A DNA stretch of 63,861 nucleotides, counting the filler, from Choristocarpus tenellus KU-1152 (Eukaryota; Protista; Phaeophyceae), in assembly GCA_964200185.2 (NCBI GenBank). It is 13 parts of 13 records of this genome, joined end to end, with 100 filler letters (N's around TTAATTAATTAA, not from the genome) between each part and the next. Parts side by side here need not be neighbours in the genome. Positions count along the whole stretch, not along the records: positions 51,406 to 57,432 come from CAXNAD020009136.1; positions 57,533 to 63,861 come from CAXNAD020008373.1; 11 more parts are not named here. One strand, 5' to 3'. The notes below the pieces were generated by a model. The model made no database searches. It had not been told where the DNA came from and saw only the letters and a program-made list of their open reading frames with translations. The translations under genes and the position numbers were made by a program. This document shows positions 56,901 through 63,861 of this stretch, one piece after another (within the stretch, counting starts at the first letter, position 1; each line of letters opens with the position of its first letter).

Positions 56901-57432
56901 TTATGTGAGGGAAGGATTGGTGTATTGTTGTTATTCACACATACGTATCAGCCCATAAATATTGTTGGCGTTTACCAGCTAATTTTGTACTCGAGTCCTT
57001 CTGATTCGATTATGGCAAAGATACCCTGGAGAAGAGTGTGGAAAACTTCTTTCTTGAGGTTGGGTTGGTGATTAGTGTGGTAACTGAACCTAGCACCCAT
57101 TTGCTTGCGGCAGCTGCTGAACCTCTTCATGGAGTGGTCATACATGCTCATATTTAACTCCAAAATTAGAAACCGCGGTGATACTATATAATAGTATGAC
57201 TGAAAGTAGTAGGCATACACCTCCTCCTTCACCTCCTCCCTACTTAACATCTTTTTCTTTCTTTCTTTCACAGGGTGGGCTTTGATGAATTTCTGGGTAG
57301 GCTTGTTGCTTGCGGCCTGTGCTACTCCCTACAAAAGGTGAGAGATGTCATTCCTGAGGTATTGCTGCAGCGCATACACCAATCTACGGGGGTGTTGTTG
57401 GATGGCATGGCCTCTCGAGAAGAGGGAGGGCG
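53977..57432 (+). CDS. SAM-dependent protein methyltransferase (Methyltransf_16 / METTL21-22-like), partial; exons 53977-54153, 54270-54426, 54760-55209, 56276-56480, 57274-57432 (contig end)
   Basis: VGGEVWYAAVLLSTWI...VLELGSGLGLCGI...VILT|DY.EELLENLRYNVEIN...LELNW...CDVVIGSALIY shows the G..VW.AA..L motif, motif I VLELGSG.GL, post-I VILTD and motif II D..IGS...Y. Splice phases are consistent. Confidence 0.88.
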
Positions 57433-57811
57433 NNNNNNNNNNNNNNNNNNNNNNNNNNNNNNNNNNNNNNNNNNNNTTAATTAATTAANNNNNNNNNNNN
57501 NNNNNNNNNNNNNNNNNNNNNNNNNNNNNNNNCTGTTTTTGGCCTAAACGGAAACCCTGGTGTAGCCCCCCCCCCCCCTCCCAGATACTTTGGGTCACCA
57601 TGTCAGGTTGGCAACTGGGCCTCTAGTCTACTTCTCATTTTCCCTTTCTTTTCTAGCCCAGCTATGCCCCATGTTTTCAGTAGAGCAGATAAGGTGCCTG
57701 AGGATGCTATCGAAATAACTATACTCCAGTATATTGTAACTGGGTTCATGGTATGAAGTGATTGACTGAAGTGGCAAAGTTGTGAGAGATCACTAAACAG
57801 GTCTCACGTAC

Positions 57812-60800
57812 CTCTGAATGCAAGACAACACCATCCAAGCTCCAACGGTCAGCCTTGTGGGCGCGATTCACCTCCTGTTGAACAGCAGTAAGAAACCCCT
57901 GTGTAGGCATGGGAGTTTGAGGGGCAGTAGGTAGCTTCTTGGGATCATTCTATCACAGGCAATATCTCTTGGAATCGATCATTGCATTCAAGATATGGTT
58001 AGCTTCATCATTGACAAGACTTGCTGGAATGAGTCCTTACATTCACAGTGATGCAAGTTCTCCAGAATTGACATTTCTACTGGCTTGAAATATTTATTAC
58101 TGCTTTTTGAACCCAGTTGTTATTTCTATGTGCCAAATGTCGGTATTACTGACTTGTTCATGGGTCAACATTGCACCTGCTGGTTGAAGAACCCAGTCAA
58201 CCAGAAGCATAGCGGTCTTCCTGTTTTGAGCCAAATCGATAATTGCTCATGCCTTGCAATAAATCCAGAGAACCACAATCCAAGAGATGCTGACATCCAT
58301 GATATCTCATCTCCACCATAGCTGAAGACCCATTGATGTGGAACTCGGGCATCGTAGATGGCATTGATTATAGCCATGAGGTCCTCGGTTACCACAACTT
58401 CCCCCCTAATGGCCTGAAGGGTTGCCTGATATGAGAGAAAGGCGACAATGCAGTAATATGAGTAAAGAAAGTCCTTTTTATATTCAGGTGTGGTAGGACC
58501 TGGACTTATGAATGGGTCACAACGAGGTGTTGATGAAAGCACTGACGGCAGACTCTGTTGAAATATGTTGTTTTGTGCATTGGGAGAAAATAATGGACTA
58601 TACCTGAGATTAAAAAGGAGGTCCCACTACCTGTTATTCTATTTTGAAGCTCTTACTATCTTTGAAGCTAACGAGTAGTAGTCATTGTTTCAACAGATTT
58701 GCCATGGAAATCAAATTAAGGCCTCAACATGTTTCATCTACAAATACATCTATACATTCAATAGACGAACAAAGGGCTGGGTGATTTCAAATCGAACTTG
58801 CTATTTAGGGCTATCGACTTGCATGCATGACTGCATGTCCTTCTTTATACGCATCCTGGTTCCTGTACATTCCCCAACCATTGCACTGTATATTACGAAG
58901 GGTTCATTGCACTATTCTTCCGTCTATGGGAAGAAAAAAATAGGTAAGGAATGTTGATGATAAAAGAGCTCTGCCGGGATGAACAGAGAAATGACTTCTA
59001 TGTTTGAAGAGGTCCTGTCAAAGGACAACTCAGAGCTTGCATACAAGTATATGTAACTATCTATTTACCAATTTTAGGTACACGTATGCTCCACCGTTTG
59101 CTAGGTGGTTCTTGGAGGTGATCCTCATGTAATATATTGATCGCCTATTTGTTCCTTCCTTTGTAATAATGAAAAAAAGTGTTACTAATGGTGCTCTTTC
59201 GCCATATTTTAAAGCACACAACCTGATACTCTGAAACATGTGAATCAAACAAGCATGAGTAAGAAGCTGCCCCTGTAATGATACGTTTGCCAAGCACTTC
59301 TCACCTGCAACATTTCTTGAACATTCACTATGACCAACTGGAGGCGTTGCACCTCCTGTATACATAATACATGTAAATTTGTAGGTCAGAATTTTATTTG
59401 AAAGAGATTCAAGTAAGAAGAACGCGCTATCTCAAGAAGAACAAGAATAGTGCTCCAAGATCAGTACAATATCTTCAGCACAAGGCTCAAGGTATCTGGG
59501 GGGGTTTGGCGGCTGTCCATTTGTGGGTAATTTTTTCATGTTGCGATTTTTGGGTGATTTGGTTGCATATGTCGGACGGACAATGTAAATGCACTTTTCC
59601 TGATTTTGGGCAAATGGACACCCTGGTGTAGACCTCCCCCCCCCCAAATACTTTGGGTCACAAATGACCAAATATCACCCTGCTTCCCTGAGTTCTACAC
59701 AGAATAGAATGCCCTGACCAAATCGCCTTACTGCCCACTGCCTAACAACCTTTGGTTTATTAATGGGTTCTTCTCTTCTAATTTTCGCACCATGTTGGAT
59801 AACCGAATCCTTGGTCGAAATTTCGCCGTGCCTCAAGGTATATTCAGATCATTTGAGGGATACTCGCGGAAGTTTCAACTATCTTTTCTTCCCCTTCAGT
59901 CTGGGGCTATTATTTCAATCCTTGTAATACCTAGTACTATTACGTGGTAGAAACTGATATCTTCAGGTTTCTATGAAAGGTTTCAGACCTGTGGTCACAA
60001 TGTAGCACAGAAGGGAACATGAATAGCAAATTGCTATAGGGACTGCCGAATAATGAACATATCTTGACTACCTGCATGAGAAAAACATTCAAAGGAACGC
60101 CTAGCCCTCCTTGAGAAGATATAGCTTGAATGTAGCCATTCTCAGTGAAGCCTTCTGGTATGGTCCCAATGAGCTCTGAGCACTTATCATAGACCTGAGA
60201 GATGTACAGGAGGGGTAGTACCGCAGATATGTTAACTGAAATAGATTTCCACTGTAGATAGCCCAAGCCAAGACCACAGGAAGAGTAATTTGAGAGACAG
60301 GATAGGGAGACCGCCTGACCACTTCTTGTGTTATTCAGGAACCTTTCAGAGGCACTTGTCAGCAGGAGGTACTGAGGTTGAGCTTGCTAACAATACGATA
60401 TCGAGGGAGCACTTCAGGTAGATGAGGGAAGAGGTCAATCACCATATCTTCCCGAGTTTGCCCTGTGCTCCCAGCTGCTTGCTTTGGCTGGGTCTCCATG
60501 AGAGTCGCAAGAAGTTGTTGACCCTCTTTGTTTCGGAAGGTAAGATCGGCATTAGTATGGAGTCCAAATACCTCCGGACAGTCGACACCAGGAAAGCCCT
60601 GGATGTAGTGCAGGTAGTCTTCAACCTGATTAGGTGGGGTGAGTGATGTGATAGCTGTGATGGTGATGGTGCGTAAGCTTTTCGAAAAATTGATGAGTCA
60701 AAGCTAGGCAATAGATGCGAACCTGTAATCAAATGTGTAACCTGTAATATATCCAAGGTACTCCCTTGTTGTAGCATCTACATGAGTGGCAGCAATATCA

Positions 60801-63257
60801 AGGGTAAAAACATATTTTTTTACTTCCTAGTGTCAGGAGTTGGATGACTAGAGATGATCAGACCTTGTGATAGACTTGGCATCTGTGCTCTGTTGGGAAA
60901 ATGGTCCTCGTTTCCTTGTCTTAACCTTCTGCCCTGTCACTTAACGCTCGGCTAGAGCCACAGGCCAGACAATCACAGCACTTGTACACTCTAAGCCCAA
61001 TCCATTGCTAACTCTATTCTTGCCAACACAAGACCTCAACTACCATGGAAAAATGCTAGAGCTCTAGCCCTTTAAGTGTACCTCTTGACCATCTGGAATG
61101 TCATAGGTAAAGGAAGAAGGCTGAAGCGACACATCTGGGTTGAAGCTGAAGGAGGCTAGAAGTGTTGCTGGCCCCATCCATGCCTCGGCATATGCATTGA
61201 ATAGTCTGCGATCTAAGTCATCGGTTATCTTTCCCCCATACTGGACTTCCCCCACCTGTATTGTCAAGGGTGTGCGAGAGATAATGATTGTATAGGCCAA
61301 GAATATAAATCTTTATATGGGAGTGACATCAGCTGGAATACAGCTTTGAGTCCTATCAGAAACAAGATTTGCGAGAATCAAGCTGCACAAGGTCAAGTAG
61401 GGATAATTAGAACACACATTCACTGTGAAGGTAACCAAAGCCTGTTCCACCATGGAATCAATTCTTGGTCTCATTGATTTTCTTCTGAGAGTATCACGAC
61501 CATCATGATGTGGGTATCTAGAAGGGTTTCAGTTGGTCTGGATGATGAGGCATTTCATCTGGGAGAAATGCTTTGTTTTCCAGAAAGAGGCCACCCAGCT
61601 AAAGGTTCTCTCTGATTGGATAGAGAAAGTGGACCATTATTTTTATCGTTTTTGGAGAAAAGGGTGTTGTATGGTTGGGTGAAAAAAATATAGTCTGCTC
61701 AGACTTTTCTTCGAGACTCTGAATATCCACAATATCAAATAAAGTAAAAATGATGATGCTAATGCCATTGATAGCGTGCCAAGAATGGATATACGTACGT
61801 AAATACAATAGAAATCGTTTCACTCACCATGTATTGCACAGTTGGCCACGACACTGTACCAGTGTACAAGTGCTTTTCCAAGAATGTTATGCATGCGTTC
61901 AGATCTCCGTCGTTGAACTCATATGGGATACACCAACCTAGAGCACCAAACTTCCGCCGTTCCTAGGTTATGCACATGAGGAGCATGGCTCAATTCAATG
62001 CTGAAAACTCTGTTGTTGCAATGTTATTCTCCGTACATGTCTACACTATGAGAGTCAATGCAACTTAGAGGGTAGATCCGCGTCCATATAGGGACCAAAA
62101 TCTAATGTTGCGATTTTGATGAAATTTTGGCTATCGTGTGTGTTAGGAAGTGTCAACATCCTTCTTCCGGGCATAATTTTTCATAACGTATATATTTTAC
62201 CTACTCTGAAATTTTTCGGGGGTAAAATGTAACAAAAAAATTCGTGGGAAGTCAGGCCCCACATGGACAAACAGGGCAAAATCGTACCCTCTAAGATACT
62301 TTCACTCTTATCTGAATAAGGATACAAGTGAAGCGATCAATATCCAACACCTAGTTAGGACTTCATATACACTAAGAAATTGCATACAGTAATACACATA
62401 CAAACACACACACACACACACACACGAATCGTGTACGGAGGTGCTGGTGTTGTCCAAGGGTTGCTATGACGGTTAAATTGTTTTCTGATTTGCATCGTTA
62501 TGTCCCTAAATCCACCAATCCATTGACAAAACATCTTTTCAATAAGTTCTTTCTTCTACATTCACAGACTTCTGATATATATATATATATGTGGTTCCTG
62601 GACTTCGCTCAATAAAACAGGGTGTCAGGCATCACATGGGTAAGTCCTTTAGCTACATAATGGTCAAAATCCATCGCCCTCCAAGAATAGGGTACCTTGG
62701 CTCTCAGTTCTTCCTCTGAGTTAATACACGCCAAAGAAAACGGTCAGATATTCGCCTGAACCATTCCTGCGATGAGTTTTCTCACGGTGCTCTACGCCAC
62801 GTATACTGCTCCTCATTGGTACTAGTGTTCTCTAATGCCATGTCCATTCCGTGGTATTTATCAATCGGTGTTTGGCTCTTGACTTTGTCATCGTATCAAG
62901 AGGTAGGATATGTGCAGCAGCATCGGGAAGAAGCACACCCCCCTGAGGTTTTAATGATAGTATAAACTTGTTTTAAGGAGAGATATCCCTCAAGATCAAG
63001 TGATCGTTGTCACCACAGATAGTTGTGCAGAACTAGTCAGGTCCTAATTCAATGTTATCGTCGCACTTGCAGCTATGTATCACCGATGTTTAACCAATGT
63101 CCCACCCCAGCTCAATTTTCCTGCTACTCTGTTTTCTTCCCCACCCTAACCATCGAGTCAACAGCACATCCATCCATACCTGCACAACAGAATGCATGAA
63201 ACACAAGCCAAAGAGCATGGCTCGCCAATGTGTCGTGTCCACACGATCAAGTTTGTC
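57812..63257 (-). CDS. DNAH5: Axonemal outer-arm dynein heavy chain (gamma/DNAH5-DNAH8-like), AAA6 to C-terminal region, partial; exons 63257-63180, 61962-61828, 61255-61082, 60625-60443, 60194-60072, 59355-59305, 58425-58177, 57898-57812
   Basis: LCFMHSVVQ|[17 protein letters not shown]...|[19 protein letters not shown]...|[13 protein letters not shown]...|PLNVFLMQ|EVQRLQ...|[12 protein letters not shown]...[15 protein letters not shown]|[15 protein letters not shown]...WSLD. The ISW.S..LG.WF and GRP..FW.TGFFN motifs fit the DNAH5/8 class. All introns are phase-0 GT-AG. Confidence 0.93.
59484..59659 (+). mobile_element. MITE family B, full copy in a dynein intron, TSD ACAA
   Basis: GGCTCAAGGTATCTGGGGG ... 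CCCCCAAATACTTTGGGTC; ACAA at 59480-59483 and 59660-59663. Confidence 0.92.
62052..62307 (+). mobile_element. MITE family A, full copy in a dynein intron
   Basis: GAGTCAATGCAACTTAGAGGGTA ... TACCCTCTAAGATACTTTCACTC. Confidence 0.9.
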
Positions 63258-63401
63258 CTGCACACCATATGACAAAGGAGGTTGTTGAGGTCGGGCAAAC
63301 TTGAATACTCAGTGATGACCAAATATACAGCGCAATACTGCATGGTGTTGTGCTCTAAGCTGTAAGTGTCACTGCACAAAGGCATCTGGGTGTGGCGAGG
63401 T

Positions 63402-63820
63402 ACAACGTTTAAAAGTATTTTGCATAAGTATCAGTTACACTTCGCTTGGAACCTAAACTGTTGTTTGACCGTTTCATCCTCCCACTATTTGTCTCATACC
63501 CACAGGAGCCTAACGGTGTCTTGAGCAGCAACATTTTGAAGTATTTTGCGTAGGTATCACTTTTATTTCGCTTGGATGGATCCTAAACTGTTGTTTGACT
63601 ATTTCATCCTCCAACTATCTACCTCATACCCATAGGAACCTACCAGTGTTTGAACAGCATCATCTTTTAAGTATGTTGCGCAAGTGTCAGTTTACTCATC
63701 TTGGTTGATCCAAACCTGGTGTTTGACCATTTCACCCTACCACTATCTCCCTCATACCCACAAGATATTGATAGTGTCTTGAGTGACAACGTTTTGAGGT
63801 TGCACAATTATATCAGTTAC
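63402..63820. repeat. Diverged tandem repeat, about 127-130 bp unit, about 3.3 copies
   Basis: aagtattttgc...tcagtt...cctaaactgttgtttgacc.tttcatcct...ctcataccca.agga recurs at about 63413, 63539 and 63669. Confidence 0.85.
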
Positions 63821-63824
63821 ATAT

Positions 63825-63861
63825 GGCTCAAATTATCTGGGGGGGGGGGGGATCGGCAGAG
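63825..63861. mobile_element. MITE family B end at window end
   Basis: GGCTCAAATTATCT followed by a G-run. Confidence 0.7.

Overview
This is eukaryotic nuclear DNA, not a prokaryotic window. It consists of 13 short contigs joined by 12 artificial 100-nt spacers (N-TTAATTAATTAA-N), so adjacency across spacers has no biological meaning. Intron-rich GT-AG genes, an axonemal dynein and (CCCTAA)n-like intronic tracts suggest a flagellate-stage protist or alga, possibly a stramenopile (inference). I reconstructed six partial spliced genes by hand: a GAF-domain protein, a short/branched-chain acyl-CoA dehydrogenase exon, an NSR/RBPMS-like RRM protein, a TEY-type MAP kinase, a Methyltransf_16-type methyltransferase and an outer-arm (DNAH5/8-like) dynein heavy chain. 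Most of the rest is mobile DNA: two related MITE families (about 257 bp and about 175-195 bp) with a shared CAAAGTATCT terminal motif and 4-bp TSDs, a decayed Sola2-like transposase preceded by a 7-unit 171-207 bp tandem array and a perfect 34-bp palindrome, an internally deleted copia element, a gypsy-like integrase relic and an unclassified 1.8-kb repeat in two copies. The best candidate for an undescribed system is the Sola-like transposase/array/palindrome locus together with the two MITE families it may have mobilised. Most ORFs in the supplied track are spurious.
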